Shown piece after piece: positions 1 through 13,960 of a DNA stretch of 64,000 nucleotides. Position numbers and translations under genes: made by a program. Under the pieces are notes generated by a model. That model had not been told where the DNA came from. It saw only the letters and a program-made list of their open reading frames with translations, and ran no database searches. The number at the start of each line of letters is the position of its first letter. Position 1 is the stretch's first letter. The stretch lies in NCBI GenBank assembly GCA_951406725.2, contig OX597819.1:26598001-26662000 (forward strand), written 5' to 3'. The stretch comes from Octopus vulgaris (lineage: Eukaryota).

Positions 1-475
1 ACACTTTTATTTACAGTCAACGGATTGTCAAGTAATGTTCGAATACTGTGCTTAATGGCAGGAGATAAAGATTGGAAAATACGAAGTAAATGAACTGAGT
101 GAGAGAGAGACAGAAAGTGAAAGAGGAGAAAAAGAGAGACAGTGACAGTTATGATAGAAATACAGAAGATATTAGAGTGATAGAGAAATTATAAACGGAA
201 TATATTTGGATGAAAGAAAGAGAAAGGAATCTCCGTGTAGGTGAGAAGTTCAAAGTTGATTTATTAAAATCGTAGGGGATTAATATAACGAGAAATTTGG
301 GCGAGAGAAACTACTCAAAACTGGGTTCGGTTCAGTAGTTAAGGTACATTTTGGTGAAAGGATGTAGTCGATTATATTCATTCTCTCGTAGCTGACATTT
401 TTTTTTTTAATAATAGGGGTTCACGGGAGTTTATCCCTTCTTACACAGGCAGAAAAAGTGAGGTACTGAAACACC

Positions 476-691
476 TACGACGGGGTGCCGAAACGTTCCT
501 CGCTTTAAGGGTATCGCATGTTTAGAGTCCCAGCATTCCGAGTTCTTTTCCAGGGTGTAGAAAAACTGAAGGGCCGCTGCAATTAGTGCAATCTGAGAGG
601 AGAATGTGTTCAATAAAATCATAATTGAGTGATCCGCCTGTATTTTCCTTTACTGTAAGCCAGGAAGTTTTCAGCACCTGCCCCTTTCATA
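476..691. mobile_element. Mariner-type MITE (second copy 7343-7558)
   Basis: TA-flanked imperfect TIRs tacgacggggtgccgaaacgttcctcgctt ... aagccaggaagttttcagcacctgcccctttcata; ~215 bp, non-coding. Confidence 0.7.
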
Positions 692-699
692 GATATCCT

Positions 700-1300
700 G
701 GAACTTTATTTTACCAAGTGTGCAAGGTTGAGACGCAAAATTCACTGAGAATTTGAAATTAGAATATACAGAGAAGAGGCATAAGTCCATACGACATTCT
801 GGCCGAGGCTCTTACTGATATTGACACATCACATTTTTAACATATTGGGGATTAGAGGTAGTTCCTTTTGCTATTGTGGTTCATATGTAAGGCAGTGTTT
901 TATAGATCTACGTTCACAGATCCTCTATCAATGAACAATCCATCATTTTTGGGCAATTTAAATTTATATTACCATTCTGACTTTCCCATTTCTAAGATGG
1001 TATAATGCCATTTGGGGTAGATGAAGCACTTATTCCTAAAATGCCAAGCGATCGAATACATGTTCGTTCGTTGAATCGAAGACATGTTCGTTCGTATAAG
1101 AGATAAGCAGTAATAAAAGTTTTGGGAAAGAGAATACAATTATAGGAAATAAAAAGTAAAATTAAGAAAGAGATATATAGTAAAGACAATACTAAATTTA
1201 AAAGACCTTTACTTGGCCAGCAAGAATATATGACAAAATAAGTATAGTTTTGTAGATCAGTGACACCGGGAGAAATTGGGGAATGAATGAAAGGTTTGTG
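700..1300 (-). mobile_element. Possible decayed I/Nimb-clade LINE 3' fragment
   Basis: Minus-strand remnants resembling the RNase H motif (IRSLGILGISAS vs PSHxGIxGNExAD) and a CCHC knuckle (PIC*KCDVSISVR); heavily degraded. Confidence 0.3.
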
Positions 1301-1302
1301 CT

Positions 1303-1402
1303 NNNNNNNNNNNNNNNNNNNNNNNNNNNNNNNNNNNNNNNNNNNNNNNNNNNNNNNNNNNNNNNNNNNNNNNNNNNNNNNNNNNNNNNNNNNNNNNNNN
1401 NN
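1303..1402. other. Assembly gap (100 N)
   Basis: Run of exactly 100 N, typical placeholder for a gap of unknown size. Confidence 1.
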
Positions 1403-1899
1403 GAAACTATTGATTAGGGTGTGCCAACGTGCAGATGACATCTGACCAGTTACTTTCAATGAATAGACACTATTGTCCCATCGATCTCTCTTTAACTTAC
1501 TAGGTCAGGTGTTGCAAAAAATGCTATAAGGCCTTAGCTACAACAGATATCAGCATGTACACCCAGACATGCATATGTCTGTGTGTGCATGAGTGTATGT
1601 GTGTCTCTCTGTGTGCATGGGCGTGTGTGTGTATGTATGTCAGCAGTCAGAAGTACAAGTGGCATTTTGCCTGCAAAATCTGGTGACCCTTCAGTTAATT
1701 GTAATCACAGAACTGTCTCTTCCTCAGCTTTTCATTTTTCCACCTCACTTATGAAAAAGCTTTTCACTTTTTAATTATTGCATCAATACAAATAAGACAA
1801 TTTTCTTCTCTCATTCAAGAAATCTGGGCCAATTCTTTTTAATACATATTTGTTGTTGATAATCAATCGCCGCTACTGTTGGATTGCCCATCAGTTTTA

Positions 1900-3420
1900 G
1901 GTGTCTGGAAAGAAGCTATGAAGTAGATCTGACAGCCTAAAAGGGATTATATTTGATATTGAATTTGATATTTTAAAAAGACTTCATGCGATTTAAAAAT
2001 AGGGCATATTGACAAAGCATCAAGTCGTGTTACGTTTACAGTGGGAATAATACGTGACAACAGAGAGAAAATTATGCCAATTGCTCAAGAAATTACTCTG
2101 TTAACTGTCCGGACCCTAAATGCATAAAATGGAAGGATACTTGAGTGCATAGATCGAGTACCAGAATCGGCGAACCGATCGAAATTCGAAATAGAGCGAA
2201 AATCGTATGAGCAGGTTTGCAGAAAAAGAACCTTTTAATGAAAAACCCACCTTGACTAGACTAGGGTTTTTAAAAGTTTTAGATGCGCATCAATTCGCAC
2301 AGCATAAAAATGACGGCTGAAACTGCGAGCGCTGATACAAAGGCTGCTACTTATTCTGAGCAGTTAAAGAAAATTACTTCCGGAGAGGGCTGCACAGCAG
2401 AGCAAGTGTACAATGTTGATGGAGCTGCACTTTTTCTCGAAGCACATGAACTTTTATTACCCAAGAAGACAAATCAACACCAGGATTTAAAGCTACCAAA
2501 AACTAACACTTCGTTTGAGAGGAAATACCATTGCTAACAGGAAATCAAAACCTCTACACGTGTCGAAAATCTAAGGGTTTTCACGAGTTACACAATGTTT
2601 AATTTTCCTCTGTTCTGGCATCGATGTATAAAAAACATTTGAGAATGGTTTACAAATGTCCTTTGTCCTGCGGTACGGTGCCAGATTTAATATTTCCACC
2701 GAAAGATAGCTTCCTTTAGGCAATACACCGAATCAGCCAGCGAAGTTAGATGACCTTTCTGATAATGTGAAAGTAGAATCTATCCCCCAAAATATAACTT
2801 CTTTGCTCCATCCAAGCGAACTTATATGAAACTTGTGATAATATAAGCGTAGAATACATCCACGAAAATACAACTTGTCTGCTCCAGTGGTTGAATGAAG
2901 GCGTGAGAGTTGCATTCTAAGCGTATTATATCGGATAACTTTCAAACAAGTTATGAAAAGAATTGACTGCGCGGGTTGCGGTAAACCTGGAAGAAAACCA
3001 ACATAATGGATGCTGTGGATCATATAGCTAAGTAATGGTATGAAGTGAACCTCTAACTTAGAATGCTGCCTGGAAAGATAGATAATCACACTGTATCCGT
3101 AACATTACAGGTTTTCTTCAAGTAGAAAGTTTTTACATGAAAATCTTGACGAGCAGCTGGTGCTATTAAAAAATAAACAAGCTGGGAATTCAGATGAAAC
3201 AACCGAGGTTCTACCTACACCGCTTAAATTGACTACAAAAAATATTGTTTAATGGTTGGCCCTTATAGAGGAAGGTTTGCAGGTTTTTGTTGATTATGAT
3301 CCTAATCGTGAACGTAACATACAAGAGATGATTACTATGAGCACAGTTCATATACTATAAAGGGATGATGCGTCAGAGGCGAAAACAACTTGGGATACGT
3401 TCTTCACACCACAGGCTGAC
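1900..3420 (+). mobile_element. Decayed Tigger/pogo transposase
   Basis: ORF 2283-2537 (HSIKMTAETASADTKAATYSEQLKKITSGEGCTAEQVYNVDGAALF) matches the pogo/Tigger GEAASAD...QVFNxDETGLF motif; frameshifts and stops; boundaries approximate. Confidence 0.8.
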
Positions 3421-3846
3421 ATTGGTGATAATGAATTATAAAATAGTAAGTATTGTCCCTCATCATCCTTTTAATAATCATTCCACCACTGCACTAGTCA
3501 GCATTTTTTGTGGTAAGGACGTACTCCTACAATATTATAATTCTTATTAATTTTCTAATTTACTTCTCTTGAAATCTTTGGTTTTTATGTATTTGAATTG
3601 TACCGTGTGTGCTTAGAAATCATCTGTAAAGGTGATCATGCTCTTTATTCGCCGTTGTTTTCTTGTCCTTTTGTTTTTTTCGAACAAAGTCCTTAGGAAT
3701 GCAATTTCACCTGATAATATGAAAAAAATAATAATTAGCATACTTAATTTCGCCTTCCGGAATCCTGCTATTAAGCCAGAATTTCAGGAATGCATTACTT
3801 CCATAAAATGAGTGATTCTTGTACACACACACACACACACACACAC

Positions 3847-3912
<66 letters not shown>

Positions 3913-4777
3913 TGTTTGACAATCGAGAAAAACCAAAAGATTGGCAGAGCCACTTGGAGGGTGCTACGGAGTTGTTGCAGACAGTAGGTCTCTTTCGGGA
4001 GGTTGGTGTATGATGCTGGTTACAAAAGAAACACCCAATATCACCTCATCATTGTGCGTTTAAAATGAAATAAAATAAAACCACGCTTGGTCTCGACGGA
4101 AAACAAACACCAAGAATAAGTTGAAGAGAGGAAGCAACCTCGATGATATTGCTGATAAAATAACGGTGCCATTTAAAATATCATTCGATCAAAGATGGAA
4201 GCCGATTGAGGGATGCTACGTATGATCCAGTTTTGAATGCAATCCAAGAAGCACTTTATAATTGAGAAAAAATAGATATTTGATTAATTACATTGCTAAT
4301 ACGTTGCACATATCTGAGTTTTGCATGTTGCTTATCCACACTACAATTAAATCTCAATTTGTCGAGCCGATCTAGGAAGTCTCCGGACAGTCGTTCCGTC
4401 TGCTACAAGCGGTGGGAAACATTTGCTATTATCACAACTCCGTTTTTAATTAAGTAAATTAGATGTCGTAGACTTAGATATATTACATTTGCAAAAAATA
4501 AAGTGGGTCACAGCTTGGACGATTGACCTAATAGGTTTACTGAATCAGCCGGATCTGGAGCCAATCCTCATCATGTGTACCGGCAATACATCCCTCGATA
4601 ACTTTCGTATTATTTTTAAAAAGGAAAGGAATTATACAATATTACTAGCGAAGAAATAAATCTAGTTGTTCTTGCATTTAGTCCTAATAGTCCATACAAA
4701 TGATCAATGAGATTCCAACCGCATTCATTTTGTATATTTTTTTCGTTCATAGAGCTTTTCGGACTATATATATATTG

Positions 4778-5073
4778 AGACCCCCTTCGGTCATGACTGA
4801 CCGTGGGATTGCACCTACAGAGTTACCCTCCCAGGCAGAAGTCCGGGCAAGGTTGTTTATGGAAGACCAGCAGTCGCCCATACATACAAGCCTCCCCTCT
4901 CCGCGCCACCAGTGTTATCCAAAGGAAAGGCAAAGGCCAATACAGCTTGGTACTTGTGACGTAGCAACTCATTTCTACAGCTGAGTGAAATGGAGCAACG
5001 TGAAATAAAGTGTCTTGCTTAAGAACACAACACGAAGCCCGGTCCGGGATTCGAACTCACAACCTCACGATCG
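4778..5073 (-). mobile_element. 5'-truncated tRNA-derived SINE (family A)
   Basis: B-box gagttcgaatcc on minus strand followed by a CORE-like body; 9-bp TSD tatatattg at 4769-4777 and 5074-5082; older relative at ~5240-5490. Confidence 0.8.
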
Positions 5074-5883
5074 TATATATTGTCCGTTCCGTCACGTTTT
5101 TAAGGCGGAACATGTGATCTGGGGTAAATTTAGTTGTTGGTTTTAAAACCGAACAGTGTAACATAAACTGGGACACTAATTGAGAGAGTTAAAAAACGTA
5201 CGTTTGGTTTTATAAATGAGAGATAGAGAAAAAAGTCCGATGAACATTATTGCCCTAGGACTTATAGGGCTGGATAGCCGGTTTCATTGACGTATAAGAG
5301 ACCGACATCACAGCATTTCTCCCAGAAGAGACGCCTGTTCGTCATAGGGTTCATCATTTACAGCTGAGTGGAATGGTGCCTCGGGAAATGAAGCATTGTG
5401 CTCAAGATTAAAGTGCACCGCACAGTCCTGGAAATGGACCACGAGTTTGTGATCGTGAGTGCAACACACGGACCACAAGGCATGGGTCTTACAGAATTTA
5501 AGACAGCGACTCCCTCTTATTGTATTGGTTTCAGTAATTGTTATACATATACTTGTGTGAGAAAACGGGAGTGAGAGAGAGAAAGAGAGAGAGAGAAAGA
5601 GAGAGGGAGAGAGAGAGGGAAAGAGATTGTGTGTGAATACAAAAATGCATGTCAAGTACCGCTCACAAGGTATCAAATAGTCAATGCAGGATTATTGTAG
5701 ATAATGATTCCAAGGTACTGTGCAGCTGGATGGAACCTGTAACACATGGAGCTACAAGTTCTAAACCACATGTTTGTGCTCGCGCGCGTCTGTATGTGTG
5801 TCTGCGTGTGTGTTCGTGTGTGTATGTGTGTCTGCGTGTGTGTTCGTGTGTGTATGTGTGTTTGTGTGCCTGCGGGTGTATGT

Positions 5884-6114
5884 TGTTTCTTTACTACCCA
5901 CAAGGGGCTACACACAGAGGGGACAAACAAGAACAGACAAACGGATTAAGTCGATTATATCGACCCCGGTGCGTAACTGGTACTTATTTAATCGACCCCG
6001 AAAGGATGAAAGGCAAAGTCGACCTCGGCGGAATTTGAACTGAGAACGTAGTGGCAGACGAAATACTGCTAAGCATTTCACCCAGCGTGCTAATGATTCT
6101 GCTAGCTCGCCGCC
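5884..6114 (-). mobile_element. tRNA-derived SINE with Nin/Deu-like domain (family B)
   Basis: gcctttcatcctttcggggtcgat..aagtacc domain; TSD tgcgggtgtatgt at 5871-5883 and 6115-6127; close to the copy at 21624-21859. Confidence 0.85.
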
Positions 6115-6868
6115 TGCGGGTGTATGTGTGTATGTGTATGTATGTATGCATGCATGTATGTATGTATGTATGTATGTATGTATGTATGTATGTATGTATG
6201 TATACCGGAGCAAGTTATGTGTTCGAAAATATATCAAATGTATATTGGCAAGTAATTCGTTTAATAATGGATGAGGATCTTTTCAGTGGAAAATAACTCA
6301 ATATTTACGTTCTTTAAAACTTATCATTCATTAAATCACGAGTAATGAAAATATTGAAATACACAGTAAACAACAGGCATTTCATTTGTTAGTAATATGC
6401 TATCTCACGCTGTCTCTGTTTTGTTTTAGTTTATTTAGTTTAGCATTCTCTTGGCTTCCTTTAATTGAAGTCATTACTTGTTATTGTTGAATATTTTGTT
6501 TTCCGATGGGTGCTTTCCTTTTTAGTTTTAGTTGGTTGATGTTATATGTTTTGTTTGATACTTCTTTATTTTATTTGAATTTTTTTTTAAATTATATTTG
6601 TTGAGTTTGGTAGAAGGAAAGTTTATTCAGTACGTTTACAGATTGATATCAATGAGGAAAGAGCAGAGTAACCAGATCTTCGAACAATTAGTTATCTCCA
6701 AAAGCGAGAAGCGGCGATTATTGGGGAAAAGAAGCAGAAAGAACAAAGACAGATAAAGAGATAGAGAGAGAGAGAGAGAGAGATGGAGAGGAACAGAAGA
6801 AGAAAGGTAAATGGGAAGAGAAAATAGCGGATATAATAATGATCGGTCTCAGCTGCTTTCTAAAAATA

Positions 6869-8167
6869 ACACTTTTATTTACAGTCAACGGATTGTCAAG
6901 TAATGTTCGAATACTGTGCTTAATGGCAGGAGATAAAGATTGGAAAATACGAAGTAAATGAACTGAGTGAGAGAGAGACAGAAAGTGAAAGAGGAGAAAA
7001 AGAGAGACAGTGACAGTTATGATAGAAATACAGAATATATTAGAGTGATAGAGAAATTATAAACGGAATATATTTGGATGAAAGAAAGAAAAAGGAATCT
7101 CCGTGTAGGTGAGAAGTTCAAAGTTGATTTATTAAAATCGTAGGGGATTAATATAACGAGAAATTTGGGCGAGAGAAACTACTCAAAACTGTGTTCGGTT
7201 CTGTAGTTAAGGTACATTTTGGGGAAAGGATGTAGTCGATTATATTCATTCTCTCGTAGCTGACAGTTTTTTTTTAATAATAGGGGTTCACGGGAGTTTA
7301 TCCCTTCTTACACAGGCAGAAAAAGCGAGGTACTGAAACACCTACGACGGGGTACCGAAACGTTCCTCGCTTTAAGGGCATCGCATGTTTAGAGTCCCAG
7401 CATTCCGAGTTCTTTTACAGGGTTTAGAAAAACTGAAGGGCCGCTGCAATTAGTGCAATCTGAGAGGAGAATGTGTTCAATAAAATCATAATTAAGTGAT
7501 CCTCCTGTATTTTCCTTTACAGTAAGCCAGGAAGTTTTCAGCCCCCCCCCCCCTCATAGATATCCTGGAACTTTATTTTACCAAGTATACAATGTTGAGA
7601 CGCAAAATTCACTGAGAATTTGAAATTAGAATATACAGAGAAGAGGCATAAGTCCATACGACATTCTGGCCGAAGCTCTTACTGATATTGACACATCACA
7701 TTTTCAACATATCGGGGATTAGAGGTAGTTGCTTTTGCTGTTGTGGTTCGTATGTAAGGCAGTGTTTTGTAGATCTACGTTCACAGATCCTCTATCAATG
7801 AACAATCCATTATTTTTGGGCAATTTAAATTTATATTACCATTCTGACTTTCCCATTTCTAAGATGGTATAATGCCATTTGGGGTAGATGAAGCACTTAT
7901 TCCTAAAATGCCAAGCGATCGAATACATGTTCGTTCGTTGAATCGAAGACATGTTCGTTCGTATAAGAGATAAGCAGTAATAAAAGTTTTGGGAAAGAGA
8001 ATACAATTATAGGAAATAAAAAGTAAAATTAAGAAAGAGACATAGAGTAAAGACAATACTAAATTTAAAAGACCTTTACTTCGCCAGCAAGAATATATGA
8101 CAAAATAAGTGTAGTTTTGTAGATCAGTGACACCGGGAGAAATTGGGGAATGAATGAAAGGTTTGTG
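6869..8167. repeat. Duplicated segment, copy 2
   Basis: ~97% colinear with 1-1300. Confidence 0.95.
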
Positions 8168-10001
8168 ATAAATTGTATTTCTTTGAAGACAAGAAGGGAA
8201 TTTAAATAAACCTGAACGAATATAAGTCTTGAGAAAAGACTGAAGAGAAGTAGAGAGAGACAGAGAGTGTGGAGAGAAATAGTACATTTGTGCATGGAAA
8301 AGAGACAGCTAGAGGAAAACTATACAGGTTGATAGGTGTGATGAGAAATATAAAAAAGATCTAGCTGAAACAAGGAACAGTGGAGAGTAAATTCGGGGCG
8401 ACGAGCAGGAGTAGTGTATGAAGATATAGAATAGAAATAACGGAGAAAGCAATGATATCATCTGTGTGCGTGATGAGATAACAGCAAGCAGGTTTATAAT
8501 ATAATGAATTCCAAAATGGCTGTCTATTAACGGTAAAGATAGGCGGGATGGCAGTTTTAGAACGAGCACTATATAAAGAGCAATCGAGTGAAAGCTATAT
8601 GTATGTGCATGTATGTAAAGAATTGTCGAATGTGTCTGTATAAGGATGTGAAAACCTATGCGTATGCGCACACACTTGTATATGTGTGCATCTAAAATTA
8701 TGTGCATCTGTGTTGTGGAAATATTTCTTTACGGACGTAACGTTCCAACTTTAGAACCGTACACTTCATTGAATTTGTGCGATGAAGCCATTTATAAAGT
8801 TGATCGAATTGAGCTGGTTGTAAACATCACATTTCTGGCTCAATTATTGCTTCTACGTTTTTCTCTTTATTTCCTACTCCACCACTTCTCTCTCATACAC
8901 TGACACACGCACTCGCCTCGCGCACATACACACTTCTATATATTACTTGTCATTTGTGTCTCTGTTCTTTCATCTCATGCTTCTTTCTTCACCTGTTTCC
9001 TTTCACCTCTATCTTATTTCATGTGTCTTTTTCTTTTTCTCTCTCCCTCCACATTCTCTCTTCTGCTACTTCACTGTTGCTTATTTTCTCTGCCTTTCTT
9101 TCATTTATATCACCTTTCTCTTCTTTCAACTTGCTCTTTCGCCCTCTCTTTCTCTTCCCTACTTGTCTCTGTCTGTCTCTCTCTCTTTCTCTTTCTCCCG
9201 CTCTCTCTCTCTCTCTCTCTCGTTCTTGCTAACATCTCCACATTCTGCACTTGAAATACAGATAAAAAAAATTAGAAGGAAACGCTTCATCCATTACATT
9301 TAGTCCTCACCAATGTCACCGACTCCACATCCACCACCACCACCACCACCACCACCACTCACTAGCGGCATCACCAGTAGAATTACTGTTCATTTTCAGT
9401 TATCGATTAGTTGGCGTTGTAGTTGTAGTTACTCTTGTTTTTGTTTTGCTATTTCGGGACATCGTTAGACACAAGAAAATTGCTATGTTGGTGCGATCAG
9501 AACTGCCACAGTTATCATTATATGTATAGACTCCCCTCCTGTCCGAGATCCACATTCACATCCATTCTTGCGGTGATTTACTTTCTGTTTTTCTTTTTAT
9601 TATATTTTATTTTTTACTGTCCTATAGACTTAACACCTGGCTCCCGGCTACCACTTATCAAAATTTACGTACTGTAATTCATCGGTAGGAACATAAAAGA
9701 CGAACACAAAATAAGAGAGAATCCTCCACTCATATATAGAGAAAAATGCTCACACATCAATGGATACAGATGCATACGCAAACATTTGAACAGAACAGAT
9801 ACGAATATTTAGTCACTTATACGGATACTTTGAAGCACTTTCATAGATTTCATAAACATTTAATCTTACAAATGCTCATATACACGCATATAAACATAAC
9901 CACACAGACGAAAAGAGAAACACTGCAAGATAAATATTCACATTACACATGTACACAAGAGAACGTCCTGATGCATAATCACGAAATCTCTCTCGAATAG
10001 G

Positions 10002-10066
<65 letters not shown>

Positions 10067-12073
10067 TATGTATATCGTCACGTATATAGACTTATATAAA
10101 CGCAGACAATCACTCGTGGAGTAGCAAATGCGAATGTAGACGTACAGTTGACATGTATACGGTCGAACTTCGTGTATTTGAATATCACTTATCCGAAATT
10201 AGAATTTTCCATATACAATATTCAGGTCCCGTAATTATGTTCAGTGGGGTCACCCTTGTTTATGATTAGATCAATTATCCGAGCAATCGTTTATCTGATA
10301 TATTTACTGCCCGTTCGTCTCTTTCGGAATAAGTAAATGCGAACATAGTTAAGTAGACAGCAGAATAATTATCTGAATAAGTTGAATAAGTAAGTCAAGT
10401 TCATCTACACGAACCAGGAAAAGAATGAAAAATAAAATAAATATGAATGTAAGTGTGCGCTAGACATTCAGATGTAATTGTGTCTTTTGATTTACATGGG
10501 ACTTTTTAAGTGCGAATTACGTAAAATTGTCGTAAAAAGGAGTTAGATATCCACACAATGGCATATATATGCGAATTGTTTTATCAACAGAATCAAATCC
10601 TTCGGTGCAGATAATTTATATACACATAGTCAGTTGCACGAACTAAGACATATGAGATCTGAGAATCCCATACATGCTGCTGTTTCTTTTTATAATACCA
10701 GAAACTATAAACCCGGGAAATTTAATAATTTCACGAAATTTTAAATGGATCCATTTGACTAATTGTTGTGTTGATTACATTAGTTGTTAATGAAACACTA
10801 GATAATTAGGCAAGCAGGGAAGCACTTAAAATCCTGTATTAACTACATAATATACACGAACATCGAGAGATTTTCATCACAGTTGGTAGAATTACTAGTA
10901 GTAGTACCCTAATCTCCTTGAGCTCCATAATCACTGAAAATGTATATGCATTATAAATGAAAATGTGGTTTTGCATGTATTAATTGGTGAAATACGAGAT
11001 AATCACGGCAAGAATGCCTTACTTTACAGATCCTACTCAATCAGTGAATGTTTGATACAAACACCTATAATGACAAAAGAAAAAGATTCCACATAATGTT
11101 CTTGTTGGAGTCTACGAGGTGCAGTGACTGGAGGATTTTGATGTTATTGCTTTGGCCTTGACATTTGTGCAATTCCAGTGATGTCGTTTGAACCATCGAC
11201 AATTTGAAAACTAGTCAATCTCGATAGAATCGATCAGCTGCGACTCGCTCCATTGAATATACTGTGTTTACAACAATTCTTACTTTACTGCAGCGTGAGA
11301 GAGGATTGCTGAGAAAGAAAAAAAGACAGAAATTTCTATAGCTTTCTTATGAAATCAGTTTTCTCTCTTTTCCTTTTATCCTTTTATCATTCATTTTTTT
11401 TTTATTTTGAAAAAATTAATTAGATTTATCGGTAACAACAATTGGTTATTGGAAAACACTTTTCGAGTTTAAAATTAATTAGGTTTCTCAAACAACAATT
11501 GCTATCGCTGTATATTTTGAATTGCTTGCACCAGTCAGTCTTCTCACCTACAAGTTATTCTGACCAACACACATTTCAAAACATTAATTGACTGCTCTGT
11601 TCTTTTTTAAATTTTATACCAACTGTTTACCTGTGCTAGTCCCTTACCCTATCGTATCTCCTCAATGTTGCCGAATGAAGGCAACCCGCTTTAAGGTAAT
11701 CAATCCTCCTGAACAGCAACAGCTGTACGAGCACATTTTGCTACTTGAAGTCAGCTTACGAACCAGAAATATAGCAGATTCTTATAAACTACAATTTTAT
11801 TCGCATCTGATCAATATTCGAAAGCTAAGAGAATGATCGTTACAAAACAACAGGACGCCGAAGCAGCAATATTAGTGTTCCTCAACTATTTGTTAGTTCA
11901 AAACACTTCTGACATCAAGTTGAATCAACTGGCAGCACCCCTCTTTAAACATTCGTACAGGAAATCATAGACAGGCGACCAGTATATGTGTTTGTATATA
12001 TATATATTATATATATAAATATATATAATACTTATACATATGTGTACACCCCCCTCTCTCTCTCTCTCTCTCT

Positions 12074-12117
<44 letters not shown>

Positions 12118-12292
12118 TAGATAGATAGATAGATATTATACTTATGTGTGTGTATACCCACGTATAAACACATACACCTGGTGGCTTACTGGTAAAGCAA
12201 GGTCTCTTTCATTGTGATCGATATATATGGTAAATGGGAGATGGGGGATGGAGTATAGGAGAATCTATTGATCAGGTCAATTGTTGCGACAC

Positions 12293-12976
12293 ATCTAGCA
12301 TTGATCCCTGATGGGTGGGACACTCAACAACTGGTTCAGGAGCATCCGGTGGTGCAGATGTATCTCGTCGGGTGATAAATAGATAGAAATCGTTAAAATA
12401 ACAGTTCTGCAATGTAACGTCCCGTTTTGTAGAAAGAAAAAAACAGTCAGACGGAGAAAATATCTTCATTTATATAAAAGATCAAAAATCACAGATGAGA
12501 AAACAAGAGAAACGCACACGCTATAATGCGAGAAAAGTATAAAAAATAACTCTTAACAGATATGGATGTATAACCGACTTCGGGCAAGCTGCATAGTGCG
12601 ACTACACTCGTTCATACAAGCATCCGCGAAAATGTGAGCATACGCACACGTGTGATATGATATCATGCGTATGCTCACATTTACGCGGATGCTTCCATGT
12701 GCGAATTTACTTGCGTCATGCAGCCTGCTTGACGGTGTTTATACGTCCATATTTGTAAACGGTTATTTTTAATACATTTATCGCTGCATTGCGTGTTCGT
12801 TTCTCTTTTTTCCTTATCTTTGATTTTTAACTTTTGATCTACTATATAAATGAAGATATTTCCTCAGTCTGGCTGGTTTTCTTTCTACAAAACGAGAAGT
12901 TACATTGCGGAACTGTTATTTTAACGATTTGTATCTATTTATCACCCGACGATATACATCTGCACCGATGCTAGAT
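12293..12976. repeat. Long imperfect inverted repeat (foldback, ~300-bp arms)
   Basis: 12351-12646 is the reverse complement of 12666-12966 (ggtgcagatgtat...gagcatacgca / tgcgtatgctc...atacatctgcacc). Confidence 0.9.
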
Positions 12977-13216
12977 ATCGTGATTATTCCTTCTTCCGTC
13001 TTTCATTTGCAAGCGGAGCCTCATATCAGTGAGTGGGGGTGGTGCTCATTAATGCCGTCGAGAGGTAGGCCCCGAAACGGCGCGTATTCTCTCCTGATGA
13101 GCCCATACACTTGCTGGCTTCCTGTAGGCGGAGCTGTCGACCTGTATCACTTGCATGTGCAAGGTTTTTGCAAAACATATATATATATATAATAATTATA
13201 GAAGTGTATACACACG

Positions 13217-13295
<79 letters not shown>

Positions 13296-13399
13296 AATAC
13301 TTAAATACTTAAATATAAGAACGATAATATTTCTAAAACTAACATAGCTGGTAGCCGCGAGCGTACACCCGTATAGGTAACATAATAAAATGTATATAT

Positions 13400-13960
13400 G
13401 ATGGCCGTCCACTCGTGACCGAAGAAGATCATTGCTGACCTGTAGTAACATTGTGCGCTCTAGGACTAACTTATATTTTGCATTTGCGGCTCCGTTGCTG
13501 GCTAATAAACCCTGCTCTTGAGAAGCATACACATCTACAAACATTGCAAACCAAGCTGTCCATATTCACTATGCTAGCAGTACGCATTTGAACAGCATGA
13601 TTAAATTGTTCATACAGAACAATGCTCTTTCAAAGCTGTTGACCCCCTCCATAACCTGCTTCTTCCATCTGTGGCAATGACAGGCATTACTCTCCCAGTC
13701 GGTCTCCTGCATATCGCCGGCCTTTAATGAGGACTTGACACAGTCCTTAAATCGCAGCCTTGGTTTCTGCCGGGGTCCCTTTCCACTAACACGTTCCCCA
13801 TATAGCATGTTTAGGGATCCTGCCTTCCTTCATTCCGATAAGGGCGTCCATCGCCTCAATACTCAAGATATCAGCTTTCCTCAAGACCTGTGTGTCTGGA
13901 GATTTTAGGTCCAGCCAACATTTGGATTGTGTCTCAGACATCTCCGATGACGTTTGTTAT
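13400..13960 (-). mobile_element. RTE-clade LINE 3' fragment
   Basis: LYGERVSGKGPRQKPRLRFKDCVKSSLKAGDMQETDWESNA...RWKKQV resembles the RTE/BovB post-RT C-terminus. Confidence 0.8.

Larger units (their letters stand above)
1..1300. repeat. Duplicated segment, copy 1 (copy 2 at 6869-8167)
   Basis: Colinear match to 6869-8167 with roughly 35 substitutions/small indels by eye (~97%); ends at the N gap. Confidence 0.95.

Noticed and set aside
992-1459. 155-aa minus-strand ORF (and its twin at 7859-8287)
   Set aside because: Runs through the N gap; low-complexity hydrophobic translation of decayed repeat sequence, not a host gene
10158-10410. Tigger-like TIR start (tacggtcgaacttcg)
   Set aside because: The partner TIR is too degraded to define an element
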